This document shows positions 47,746 to 58,800 of a stretch of 64,000 nt of DNA, one piece after another. Under the pieces are notes generated by a model that ran no database searches, was not told the origin of the DNA, and was given only the letters and a program-made list of their open reading frames with translations. The translations under genes were made by a program, and so were the position numbers. Source of the DNA: Pachysolen tannophilus NRRL Y-2460 (Eukaryota); NCBI GenBank assembly GCA_001661245.1, contig KV454011.1, positions 585,498 to 649,497 on the forward strand. Reading direction: 5' to 3'. The number at the start of each line of letters is the position of its first letter. Position 1 is the stretch's first letter.

Positions 47746-49356
47746 ATGGGTTCACCAAAAAATTCTATTGACTTTTTAATAAGTCCATCAGATTCTTCAA
47801 ATATAAAACAGTTTAATGAGATTCCTAATAATAGGAATAATATTGCATCTAATACAGATATTGTTCAAAAAATGAATGGGAATCAAAAAATCAAGTTACC
47901 AGCTCCGATTATCCGTCATCCTGGTCCAAATACAACAACAGCGAGTATGAATTCAAGTTCAAAATCATCTTCAACTCCATCACCTTCATTGAACAGCAGC
48001 AATAAAAATACAGACAGCCGCAGTTTTGGCGGTTGTTGTAATAACAGTTTAATGAGCAATAATTGTAATTTTAATGCTCATCTTTACCATGCTTATAATA
48101 ATTCGAAGACAAGTGTTGGAGATAGAATTAGTATCAATTTAATATCACCTTTTTTAAGATTACCATCATTAAATTCTTCGAATAATTTGATTGAAAAATT
48201 ACCTCCTTTGAAAAGCATTACAAATCCAATTTTCATAAATGATTCAAATAATAATAATAATATTGAAAAAAATCATATTGGAGATACAAATAATCTTCAA
48301 CTGTATTCTTATAATGTACCAAGATATGAAAATCCAACAAATGCATATAACGCTAGTAATGAAATGACAACTGTTAAAAGAGAACCAATCACAGCAACGA
48401 CAACAACAACGACGACGACAACGACATCATTGTCATCATCATTGTCATCGTCATCATCGTGTTTGTCATCGTCGTCATCATCTTCATCATCGTCAAGCAA
48501 TAATAACTGGAATCAAAATCCATTGGATCTGAAAAATAATGATTTCCGGAAGAGGTCAGTATCTGATATCTATGAAGAAAATAATTTAAATAAAAAGAGA
48601 AGACAAAGGGCAGGACCTTCTTGTGATTCTTGTAGATCAAGAAAAGTTAAATGTGATGCCGAAATCTTGATCTTGGATTATGAAGAATTATCACTGGAAG
48701 AAAAATCAATTTTTGAAAAACCAATAAGAGAACTGAATATAGATAACTATGATTATAAGAAAAACCCAATTTTCAAATTATCTAATAATTGGAGAATAGT
48801 CAAGACTCAGTTGGACAATATTAATGATTATAAATTGAAAAATGAAATTAAATTTGTTAAATACAAAATTTGTTGGGCTTGCGAAAGCAGAAACTTCAAA
48901 TGTCAATTTTCAAAAGGTTTCACAAGAATACATTCAACGAACAGTCAAAACTCTTTATCACTTGTATCTGCTAATACGAACAACGATAACGGCAATGACA
49001 ACGAAAGCACCAGAAACAACAGCAACACCAATATAAGCACCAGCACCAGTACCAGCACCAGTACCAGCGCTAGAGACATCGTCAACTCTACTAACATCAA
49101 TAACAACACGATCAAGAGTTTTGTCGAAACCCCTAAACTTTCAGTATCATCTTCAGCATCATCTTCCAATGAAATACTAGATATACAGCGCTCCAAATCT
49201 ATGAGCTTGAGCAATAGATCCGGTAATAACAAGCTAAAGACTTCATGTGTTAATTGTCGGTCAAAGAAAATAAAATGCAAAAAAATGGAAAACCAAGATT
49301 CTTCTGCAAAATGTTTTAATTGCGTTAAAAAAAGTATAGATTGCAATTACGAATAA
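47746..49356 (+). CDS. SUT1: Sut1/Sut2-family zinc-cluster transcription factor
   Basis: Split cluster RAGPSCDSCRSRKVKCDAEI...CWAC...CQFSKGFTR typical of Sut1, plus a second intact C-terminal Zn2Cys6 cluster. Confidence 0.8.
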   Translation: MGSPKNSIDFLISPSDSSNIKQFNEIPNNRNNIASNTDIVQKMNGNQKIKLPAPIIRHPGPNTTTASMNSSSKSSSTPSPSLNSSNKNTDSRSFGGCCNNSLMSNNCNFNAHLYHAYNNSKTSVGDRISINLISPFLRLPSLNSSNNLIEKLPPLKSITNPIFINDSNNNNNIEKNHIGDTNNLQLYSYNVPRYENPTNAYNASNEMTTVKREPITATTTTTTTTTTSLSSSLSSSSSCLSSSSSSSSSSSNNNWNQNPLDLKNNDFRKRSVSDIYEENNLNKKRRQRAGPSCDSCRSRKVKCDAEILILDYEELSLEEKSIFEKPIRELNIDNYDYKKNPIFKLSNNWRIVKTQLDNINDYKLKNEIKFVKYKICWACESRNFKCQFSKGFTRIHSTNSQNSLSLVSANTNNDNGNDNESTRNNSNTNISTSTSTSTSTSARDIVNSTNINNNTIKSFVETPKLSVSSSASSSNEILDIQRSKSMSLSNRSGNNKLKTSCVNCRSKKIKCKKMENQDSSAKCFNCVKKSIDCNYE

Positions 49357-49688
49357 CAAAATCCCAATTATCAGTATATAGCAATCAATATTACTAGAAT
49401 AGAATAATCTTATATTTGATATATATATACAATCAATAAACTCAACTGGTTGATATAAACCTTCTCTGTAAGTCTTTATGTTCATTTTGAAAAGTAGTTT
49501 GAACCAAATCAAATCAATTTGGTGTCTAAATTCCGTTAAAAGAGAATGAATATTCTATTATAATAGGTTTCTAAAGAAGTTTATTGATTGACTTTGAGTG
49601 GGTTAAGAGCCGGTATTTTTCCTATAGTTTTCCGGTAGGAATCAGCTATTGACTGATTTGTATTCGGTGTGTTGAAAATTTAGGTATA

Positions 49689-52600
49689 ATGTCATCTAAT
49701 AACAAGATTTTGACGGGGCAAAATGTTGCTCATCAGAGGAGAAGTCGTATTTCGAAAGCTTGTGATTATTGTAGGAAGAAGAAGGTGAAATGTAATGGTA
49801 GCAGTCCATGTAGAAGCTGTACTACTTCTCAAGTTGAATGTACATATACTCATGTTCCTAAAAAGAGAACTCCAAGAGTTCAGAAAAATTCAAATGCAAA
49901 GACGATTAAAGAGTTGGAAAACAGGTTAGGAAATATGGAATCGTTAATGCAAAAATTAGTTAATAAATTAGAAGGGTCGGATAAAAATTTAGCAACTGGG
50001 AATAGCTCAGGAAGTAATGGTAACAGCAATATGGTATCTGAAGAGTCGGATAGTTCAGTGGAATCAGAAGATGAAGTGGTGGATGGAGATGACTATGAAG
50101 ATGAATATGAAGAAGCAAGTGGCATGTCATCTGATGGTATCAAACATGAAGAATCTTATCTGACGGGACATTCAACTGATTTGAAATTGCTTTCAATGAC
50201 GAAAGATGGGCATCATATTTCTCCCACATCCAACTTGAATATAGCTACCCATTTGAAACGAGATTCGGAATCAAACGAAAATAAAATACCTAAAAGTAAT
50301 AGCACTACAACTGAATTTTTTTTCGATCCAAATAGTTCATACTCTGTTTTTTCACCAAGAGGTTTACAATGGATTTATTCCAAGACTCAAGATCAAGATT
50401 CAATAATACCGTTGCAGAATTTGCATCAGGAAATGAGAGAGTCTTTAAAAGATGATTTTAGAAAATGGATAGAACCTATTGAAAAAAATTCATTAGTTGA
50501 ATTACCTCCTAGAGATCTTTGCGAATTTTTATTAAGCCGAGTAACCAATACTGCACTTCTTGATTCCAGTTCATTAACTGTTGAAGCCATAAGTGCAATA
50601 TTTAATAATTATTACAATTTCAAAAGTGATAAAAGAAGATCAGCGGCACAATTGAAAATTAGTTATTCCGATTTGTTGTTGATGAATAGTTTAATTGTAT
50701 TAAGTGCATTTTTTTCACAGGATTTATTAAGAGTCGGTGAAGATGTTGAAAAATTCCAAAAATTCAATTTGACTAAAGAGAAATTAAAAGAGATTGAAGA
50801 AAGTTATTATATTAATGCTATTTTTTACTATCAAAGAATTTCTGTAATTGGAGATGGGTTGAGAGCTTTGGAGGCAATAATTTTTCTAGTAATCTATGTT
50901 TACACTTCGTTAAATGCACATGCTAGTTATCTTTTAATATCTACACTTATTAGACTAGCTCAGGAACTAGGATTGCATCGTCGTGAGTCATACTATGGTT
51001 TACCACCAATGGAGGCTAAAAGGAGGTTACTATTATGGTGGAAGTGCTACTATTTAGATAGAGAAAGCAGTTTGAGATCCGGGAAACCTCCAGTTTTAAA
51101 TGATGAAGATATTTCAACTTTTAGTCCAGAAGATTTTAAAAAATTTTTCCTTACTTTCGATCCAACTCAAATTGAAAATTTTGATAAATTTGATTTTGTA
51201 AGACTTATGGAAAAACAAGAATTGAAAGCTGCATCTCAGCCCGAAGTAGAGCACGATAGAATTGCAGAAGCAGCGGCTCTTAATGCGAAATTATTAGATT
51301 TGATGAACTCTAAATCTGAAAGCATCTGTGATGTTTTTTCGAGCAGTCTTTACTATGATTTATCAAGGATAACATCAAAGGCTTATAAGTATTTGTTTTG
51401 TGCAACTGCTTTGAGAGGGAAGACTGCTGTGGAAGTTGTTAAAAAAATAACTTACTTGAATGATGAATTATATTATTGGGAAAAAGCAATTCCGGATTTT
51501 ATGATTACTGAAGATTTTGAAAATAATTATCTTTCTTGGGACAAAAAAGATGGTTATCTTTGTAAAGTTCTTTCATTGAAGTTCAGTTATTATTTGCATG
51601 TCATGATAATAAATAAAATAAGAGTTCAGATTGATTTAGATGAAAAGGGAGATAGTACATTTGATGAATTAAAAGATAAATCCTATAATTCTGTTGATTT
51701 GTGTTTAGATGCGGCTAGAAATACGCTCAAATTGGTTACTGTATTTGATAACAGACTTCAAATTTTTTTAAATTGGTGTTTATTTTTTCCATTTTGCGGA
51801 TTTTTGACTTTATTTTGTGCTTGCATTCAAGATCCAAATTCCAAGAGCGCTAGAGATGACATTTTATTAATGTATTCCACATCGAAAATCTTATTTGAGA
51901 ATGTAAATGTTTCACAAAGTTGTTTAATCATGTTTGACAATACATTTAGATCTATGCTTCGTATTGTTGTTCTTTTTTACGATAAAAATCATCCACAAGA
52001 TGAAATTATGAATGAAGAAATTAGAGAGTATCTTAGACCTGTCCAAGAGAAATTGGAAAGGTTGAAAAATGAAATAGAAGCCAAACTGAAATCCAAAAAT
52101 CATGAAAAGCATAATGGTACACATCATAACAATAACAGCAAATCCCATCATAAATCTTCACCATCATCATCATCATCGACCTGTAGTACACCTACATTAG
52201 CTATGAATAGTTCTAATTCTACTACTTCAACTGTCAATTCGATTTCAAAATCAGGTTCTAATAAGAATTTAAAACAGATTCATCTTAGTCCAAACCCAAG
52301 ACTTGCAAAAAATTTGAAAATGATGAAAGGGGACAAGAATAGTCCTAATTCAAAGCAGAATGGGTTTTTTTACGACAACACTGCATCTAATTTGTTTCCA
52401 CCATCTTCTTTGAGCTGTAATAAAGTGAGCTGGATGGATGGTTCATCTGCACTTGACCTGGATCTATCTCAGATTTACTCTCCAATAGATCTGAAGAATG
52501 AAAGCAATGGAGCGGTCGGTGGTCTCAAGTCACAAGTTACAGGTGAGCCTCCTGAAGCTCTGATTTCGCCTTCAATCAGTGACAGTTCCAAACATGAAGA

Positions 52601-52793
52601 CAATTACAGTAACGGAAGTATGAATCAAAAGAGTTGGATGGAGAATTTCGATGTAGATGATCCATTATTGTTAGGAATCATGGAATATCAGGACAATAGT
52701 TTTTTGTATCAGAATATGTTTAATTTACCAAATTTTGTCACAGGAATTGATTCTCAGAACCAACTGATTAATAATCTCGAGTTTAAAGACTAA
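49689..52793 (+). CDS. Zn2Cys6 transcription factor with fungal-specific TF domain, Mrr1/Pdr1-like
   Basis: KACDYCRKKKVKCNGSSPCRSCTTSQVECTY; RLAQELGLHR...RRLLLWWKCYYLD..SLRSGKPP; acidic C-terminal activation tail. Confidence 0.85.
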   Translation: MSSNNKILTGQNVAHQRRSRISKACDYCRKKKVKCNGSSPCRSCTTSQVECTYTHVPKKRTPRVQKNSNAKTIKELENRLGNMESLMQKLVNKLEGSDKNLATGNSSGSNGNSNMVSEESDSSVESEDEVVDGDDYEDEYEEASGMSSDGIKHEESYLTGHSTDLKLLSMTKDGHHISPTSNLNIATHLKRDSESNENKIPKSNSTTTEFFFDPNSSYSVFSPRGLQWIYSKTQDQDSIIPLQNLHQEMRESLKDDFRKWIEPIEKNSLVELPPRDLCEFLLSRVTNTALLDSSSLTVEAISAIFNNYYNFKSDKRRSAAQLKISYSDLLLMNSLIVLSAFFSQDLLRVGEDVEKFQKFNLTKEKLKEIEESYYINAIFYYQRISVIGDGLRALEAIIFLVIYVYTSLNAHASYLLISTLIRLAQELGLHRRESYYGLPPMEAKRRLLLWWKCYYLDRESSLRSGKPPVLNDEDISTFSPEDFKKFFLTFDPTQIENFDKFDFVRLMEKQELKAASQPEVEHDRIAEAAALNAKLLDLMNSKSESICDVFSSSLYYDLSRITSKAYKYLFCATALRGKTAVEVVKKITYLNDELYYWEKAIPDFMITEDFENNYLSWDKKDGYLCKVLSLKFSYYLHVMIINKIRVQIDLDEKGDSTFDELKDKSYNSVDLCLDAARNTLKLVTVFDNRLQIFLNWCLFFPFCGFLTLFCACIQDPNSKSARDDILLMYSTSKILFENVNVSQSCLIMFDNTFRSMLRIVVLFYDKNHPQDEIMNEEIREYLRPVQEKLERLKNEIEAKLKSKNHEKHNGTHHNNNSKSHHKSSPSSSSSTCSTPTLAMNSSNSTTSTVNSISKSGSNKNLKQIHLSPNPRLAKNLKMMKGDKNSPNSKQNGFFYDNTASNLFPPSSLSCNKVSWMDGSSALDLDLSQIYSPIDLKNESNGAVGGLKSQVTGEPPEALISPSISDSSKHEDNYSNGSMNQKSWMENFDVDDPLLLGIMEYQDNSFLYQNMFNLPNFVTGIDSQNQLINNLEFKD

Positions 52794-53274
52794 TGATATT
52801 TTTCACTAAATGTGGGGTTAAATTTTTTATTTGAATCTCGAGGTAATTTTTTTTTCTTTTGGTTTTGGTTTTGGTTTTTATATATGCATTTAGTATTTCA
52901 TATGAAATGACATTTTATAACTCATTGTTTTACCCAGTAAGCTATAGGAATTTTATAAACCTTTTTACTTTCTATTGTATTCTTCACCAATTTTTCATTA
53001 ACAAAATCTTTTTGTCTCCTTTTCATAAATAAATTCAAATGTTGCATAAGTCTGCATTCGCTATGGTCCTGGTATTAAAGAAGAAATTGAAGAACCAAAA
53101 ATAAGATATTCAACCAAGGTTTGATTCACTCCTTACCACAGATGAAACACCTAGTTATTACCAGTATCTTGGGGAAAAATTTTTTTATTTGATATAAAGA
53201 TCAACAACATATTTCAAAATTGTGTCCGCCCGAACCTGCCAATATAATTTCATGAAGAAAAAGATAAGGTGGGA

Positions 53275-53631
53275 TTCTCGTCTCTATTTCAAAATTGGAA
53301 AACTATTCAAGAACTAACCAAGCACACTAGCCAAATACTAGTTTATACACAGGTTTGGCCTTTTAGCTAGACGAGAAAATTTAATATGTAGTAATCACAG
53401 GTGTAGTCGCGAGGGGCAGAACTCAGTGCATATACATTACTAGTTGAAAACGATGACATTAATAGAACTTGATTAATGACCAATGACCGAGCATATAAGC
53501 CCAAAGACCATACGAGCTGACATCCACATTGACAAGACAAGTTCTCGTCAATTAGCTCTCATACTCTTCAGTTCGTAGATCTTGATTCATTGATCACTCT
53601 CGCTACATGGTGATTTTGAATTGGTGAAGGA
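53275..53631 (+). ncRNA. Candidate structured non-coding RNA (unidentified)
   Basis: At least five compatible helices with G-U pairs favouring the plus strand, in a non-coding, locally GC-richer stretch (see findings). Confidence 0.45.
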
Positions 53632-53828
53632 AAAAAAAAATGACAGAAATCATTCAATTATGACAAAAAGAAAAAAAAAGATTCGGTCCAAGGATTCAAC
53701 CCCACAAAAACTATTTAAATGAATCTGCAAATCCGCCTTTTTCAAGCTAATTAATTAATTGTATAGATAATAAATATCAGGTAATCCGAGTTAAAGTAAA
53801 CGAACGAATGAACTAGGAGAGAGATAAT

Positions 53829-54689
53829 ATGGCGGAGGAAGTAGATACTTTATTAATAGATAATGTCAAGTCGTTTGTAGCAGGTGGTGCTGGTGGTATA
53901 GCTGCGGTGCTAACCGGGCATCCTTTTGATTTGATTAAAGTTCGGTTGCAGACAAATCTTTATTCGAGTTCAATTGATTGTGTTACGCAAACAATTAAGA
54001 ATGATGGTCTTGTTGGGCTTTATAGAGGAGTTTTACCTCCATTAATAGGTGTTACTCCAATGTTTGCTGTTAGCTTTTGGGGTTATGATGTTGGGAAAAA
54101 ACTTGTATCTTCTTATACTAATGTTAAACCAGAAGATTTTACTATACCGCTAATTAGTGCTGCTGGTTTCATTAGTGCAATACCAACCACTTTAATAGCT
54201 GCACCTTTTGAAAGGGTGAAAGTTATGTTACAAGTGCAAGAAAAGGGCAACAAGACTGGGATGTTTAAAGTGATCAAGACCATATATAAAGAAGGTGGAT
54301 TGAAATCCGTTTTCAAAGGTAGTGCTGCAACTTTGGCAAGGGATGGTCCAGGTAGTGCTTTATATTTTGCGACATATGAGTTTTTAAAGCAAAGATGGTC
54401 CTCTAAGGATAAGGATCTCTCCTTAGGTGCAATAACTTTAGCTGGTGGTTTTGCAGGTATGTCTATGTGGCTTGGTGTATTTCCTATAGATACTATCAAA
54501 TCTATGCAACAAAGTTCAACAATTCCAAATGTTTCCATAAAGCAAATTACAAAACAAATTTATTTGAAAAATGGTCTTAAAGGATTTTTCCCAGGTATTG
54601 GTCCTGCATTGGCTAGGAGTTTCCCAGCTAATGCTGCTACATTTTTAGGTGTTGAGTTAGCTAGAGATTTTATGAACAAGGTTATTTAA
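53829..54689 (+). CDS. CRC1: Mitochondrial carnitine/acylcarnitine carrier
   Basis: Three carrier repeats (PFDLIKVRLQ, PFERVKVMLQ, PIDTIKS), GVTPMFAVSFWGY, RDGPGSALYF, RSFPANAATF. Confidence 0.95.
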   Translation: MAEEVDTLLIDNVKSFVAGGAGGIAAVLTGHPFDLIKVRLQTNLYSSSIDCVTQTIKNDGLVGLYRGVLPPLIGVTPMFAVSFWGYDVGKKLVSSYTNVKPEDFTIPLISAAGFISAIPTTLIAAPFERVKVMLQVQEKGNKTGMFKVIKTIYKEGGLKSVFKGSAATLARDGPGSALYFATYEFLKQRWSSKDKDLSLGAITLAGGFAGMSMWLGVFPIDTIKSMQQSSTIPNVSIKQITKQIYLKNGLKGFFPGIGPALARSFPANAATFLGVELARDFMNKVI

Positions 54690-54891
54690 ATATATCCTTT
54701 CTTTTCTTGATGATTGATGGTTTTTCATTTTTTTTTTATTTATTTTATTCAAGTTTTTAGAATGATACATACCTTTACAATTGATTAAAGATTTACATTT
54801 ATAAAAAGACAAGGCAAAAAAAAAACACAAAAGACAAAATACAAAAGTTAACGTATGAAATACATAAAAAAAAAAAAAATCATTTATTTAT

Positions 54892-55654
54892 CTAACCACC
54901 TTTAACTTCTACACCACTAACTATCTTCTTAATGTAAGCTAGTTGGTCTTCATCTTTACAATTTTCATTTTCGATTTTATCATATGGGTATTTTATTGTT
55001 ATTGTATCGAATACCGTTATATCATCATTTTTCGAAAATTTGACTTCACCTTGAGGTAAAATCTTGTATAATTTCTTAAAAATTTCAACACCTTTATAAT
55101 TATTCTTATTCAATTGTCCTGTCAATATCTTATTTAAATTGGAATAATTTGTATAGTCTAATGCTGATTTTCCATAATTTCTTTGTAAAGATGCTGGAGA
55201 TAATGGTATTACAATATCTCCTGATGATGCAGGGCCCAACGATGGAGAACTTGAAGTCGATAAACTTTCTGTATTTTCCGATGAGTTTTTATTTATCAGT
55301 TTTAAAGATTGTTTCTTATTTAGCACTTGTATAGACTTGATGAATGTACATTTTAATACTTTAAAATTTTTCAGGCTTGATCTCACAGATTGTTGATGAG
55401 CAAGTTTGAACTTGTCAGGTAATTGGGTTTTCGAAAATTCATCCAACGACAAAATGAGTAAACTGGATGATGGATCATATGAATATATCGTACCTTGGAA
55501 ACTAGTATCTATAGTGGTTACAACTTTGACTCTATCATTCAATTTATAAGAATTTTGTTAATAAATATTCCAACTTTATTACAATGCAAAACCTCCCCAT
55601 TTAACACATAACTACTTACTTTAATCCAATGCAATTAGAAAGATTGAAAGACAT
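54892..55654 (-). CDS. LSM12: Lsm12-like protein; exons 55654-55620 and 55531-54892
   Basis: Intron 55619-55532 (GTAAGT, TATTAAC, TAG) gives MSFNLSNCIGLKVKVVTTIDTSFQGTIYSYD Lsm fold; C-terminal AD-like domain ending KGG. Confidence 0.82.
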
Positions 55655-55873
55655 AATCCACAATGAACTCCACAAATGAAACTTGATAATAACCTGTTGA
55701 ACTCAAATCTTTGATTAAAAATAAATTTTAGATTCAGATTTGGTGAAAATATTAAAAAAAATACCAAAAAAAAAACGTAATAAAAAAAAAAATAAATAAA
55801 AGACCGTAACAGAGCCTTATTTTTTAAGATTATGAGGTTGAACTTATTTATATGATTTAATTTGAAAAGTACA

Positions 55874-58800
55874 ATGGCTTCGAATAACCATTTATCGAAA
55901 GAGGCTCAGTTGTTTGAAGAGGCCAATGTCATTGATATTGGGGTAGTTAATGATAAAGATCAAGAAAATCAGTTATTGAATAATCCACATGTTTCTTCAC
56001 CGGGTAGATTGAACAGAAGTAGGAGAAATAGTGTTCATTCTGCTTCATCATCGGCTTCATCACTTCAGGATATTAGATTTCAGCCCAAGAAAAATAAAAG
56101 CAGCGGGAATATTAATACTGGCAGTAGCGGTAGTGGTAGTAGTAGTAATTATGATAGCGGGAACAATAATAATAGTAATGGTAATGGCAAAGATTTTCGC
56201 AAACATAGCAATAAGCCATTTTCATATGATGAAGATCTTATTATATTTGGTGATCACTTGAACGATAACAGGGACGAGAATATATTGTATGATTATGATG
56301 CAGATGCTGATACTGCTTCTATAGCCACTTCGGTAACAACAACATATGATGATTCAACGAATGAAGGAGGAGATCAAGCAAACAGTGAAAATGATAATGA
56401 TTTGATACTAACTATACCAGAATTGATGTTTAAGATGGAAGATAAACAAAGTTTTATCATTGAGATAAATGACTGGTTTGTTTATAATGATTTGAAAAAA
56501 ATACCTGCTGTAGAGCTGATTTTTAACAATAGAGCCAATGTCGAACATTTTCTGAAGCTAGATCAACATAAACAAGTTTCAATTATAGAAGATCTGACTG
56601 CTGAATTTTCTCGAATAGTAAGTAATATTGTTGATAAAAACGATGATTATAAAGGTTTGTTAAAGATTTTAATATCATTGAGTTATTTATCGATGGGTGG
56701 TTGTTACAGTGAAGAAGTAGATATACAAGAACATGAAATGTTAATTTATGAAAATTTATCAAAATTGATAACTTATGACATAGTTGATCCTTTGTTGAAT
56801 ATTAATAAATATTTGTTGAAAAATATTTTGAAATCAGATGGGGATATAAGGAAATTGTTGGAATTAACAACGATGTTTTTCTATTCATTGACTATTTTGT
56901 ATTTTTTACTTTGTTTTATATTGGAAGAAAAAATCTTTGTTGACTTAGAATTGAAGGAGAAATTGATTCAACAGATTGATGATTCCAATATTTTAATTGA
57001 ATTTGTGAAAGGCATCAACACATGGAGATATTTAAACACCGATTTAGACTGTTATCAGTTAAAGATAAAACAAAATTTTAAATTACGAAACCTAATTACA
57101 TGTATTTCAAAATTAATTTTGCTAGAATTTGGAGGTTTAAAAGATTTGAAAAAAACAAAAGATTTTCTTCGATTCAAGTATGAAAAAGATGATCCTCAAA
57201 AAGTTAATGATAAAAGTCTTTGGCAATCTGGTAAATTTAAAGTATCGCCATTGGATTATTATCAATTTAGAGAAGATTTGGCCACAAGATACCCCTCGTA
57301 TACTCCTCCACCACCAAAAAATATTTCTGAAGAAGTGGAATTGACTTTGGAAGATATTAATTCAAACACATCAATAAATAATTATGGAACAAATAATGAT
57401 TCAGACAATAACAGCCATGACAATACTCTGCAGAAAAATGAATACAAGGATTCACTTCCGTTCCTAACACGGCGTTTATCAGAATCTCTTATCAATCCTC
57501 CATTTTCTCAAAGAAGAGCCAATGCAAGAATGAGCCTGATAAATATTCCTCCTCCAGATATACATATTGCAACTCCCGCATGCTCGCCTATATTAGATTT
57601 TGCCGAGTCTCCGACAACTAACAACCCCTTCTTAAGCTTCGCTGTTAACAATAACAATGTCGATAATGGCCACGATAAAAACAATAATCACAGTAACAAC
57701 AACAACCACAATAATAATAATAGTAATAATAATAGTAATAATAACAAGAGCAATGCTAAGAAAAGTTTTCAAACAAATTCCAACTATCCGTATATTTATC
57801 CTGATGATGAAACTGACGTTCCGTATAGTATCAAGGAAGCTGGGAATATATTTTATAATAGCGTTAAAGAAGATGTGAATACGGCCCAATTCATGGAAGT
57901 CTTTGAAGATTTCATTGTCCAAGAGAGAGGAGTCATTGACACGTTGAAAGAAGACCATAACAAGAAAAGAAATTTTGAATATAAGAAAGAAGATATTGAA
58001 AGGTTTCCTAATTTTGAAAAAGAGATTAAAATATTGATGAGAATTGAAAAATTTTATCAATATTGCTTATCTGATTTTAATTCTTTAGTTTTCGTATTAT
58101 TACAGGTAATTATTTCGAATACTGATAAAGAAAAATTAACTAAAAAACCTACTTCTCAGAAACCAAATACTCATCTTCATCAACAGCAACAACAACTGCA
58201 AAAGGAAAGTAACAAAAAAGATTTTACAAAAGAAGAAATTTTCAAATTAGCATCATCTGTTTATGGTGGTGAAAAATTGCCTTATGCTTTAAAACAAAAA
58301 TGTGAAGTATCAAGAACAAAAGAAATAACACTAAAATTTGCATCACAGATATTATTTTTATTACTAAAATGGTTTAAATTATCACATATATTAAAATTTG
58401 AATATTTAGCAATGATTATATTTGATGAAAATTACTACGAAATTTTTTTAAATTTTTTATCATCGAATTTTGAACAGGTTCAAGAGAGTTTAAACAATTT
58501 CGATGATTTCATGCTAGATAATATTGATGATAGTGAAATATTAAGCAAACAATTCAATAACGATGAGTTGATCTTTCTTAAATATCAATATTATTCTGAA
58601 TTTGGATGGAATAAAGTTTTAAAGGAAGAATTAGATATTAGTGATTTCAAATTTTTTGATTTTTGTTTCAAAAATACAAGCAATGGTATTAGAAATTTGG
58701 ATAATAAAGCACAAGATTTGAAAAAATTTCAAAAACAACATGAAAATTTGAAAAATGAAGCAAACAAGCACAATAAACTTATTCCGTCATATTACAATTT

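Noticed and set aside
53040..53209. Possible solo LTR (TGTTG...CAACA)
   Set aside because: Only ~170 bp, no target-site duplication or second copy seen.
53357..53408. U2/U5 snRNA-like words (GGCCTTTTAGCTAGA, GTGTAGT)
   Set aside because: The invariant U2 GATCAAGTGTAGTATCTG and U5 loop GCCTTTTAC are not intact.
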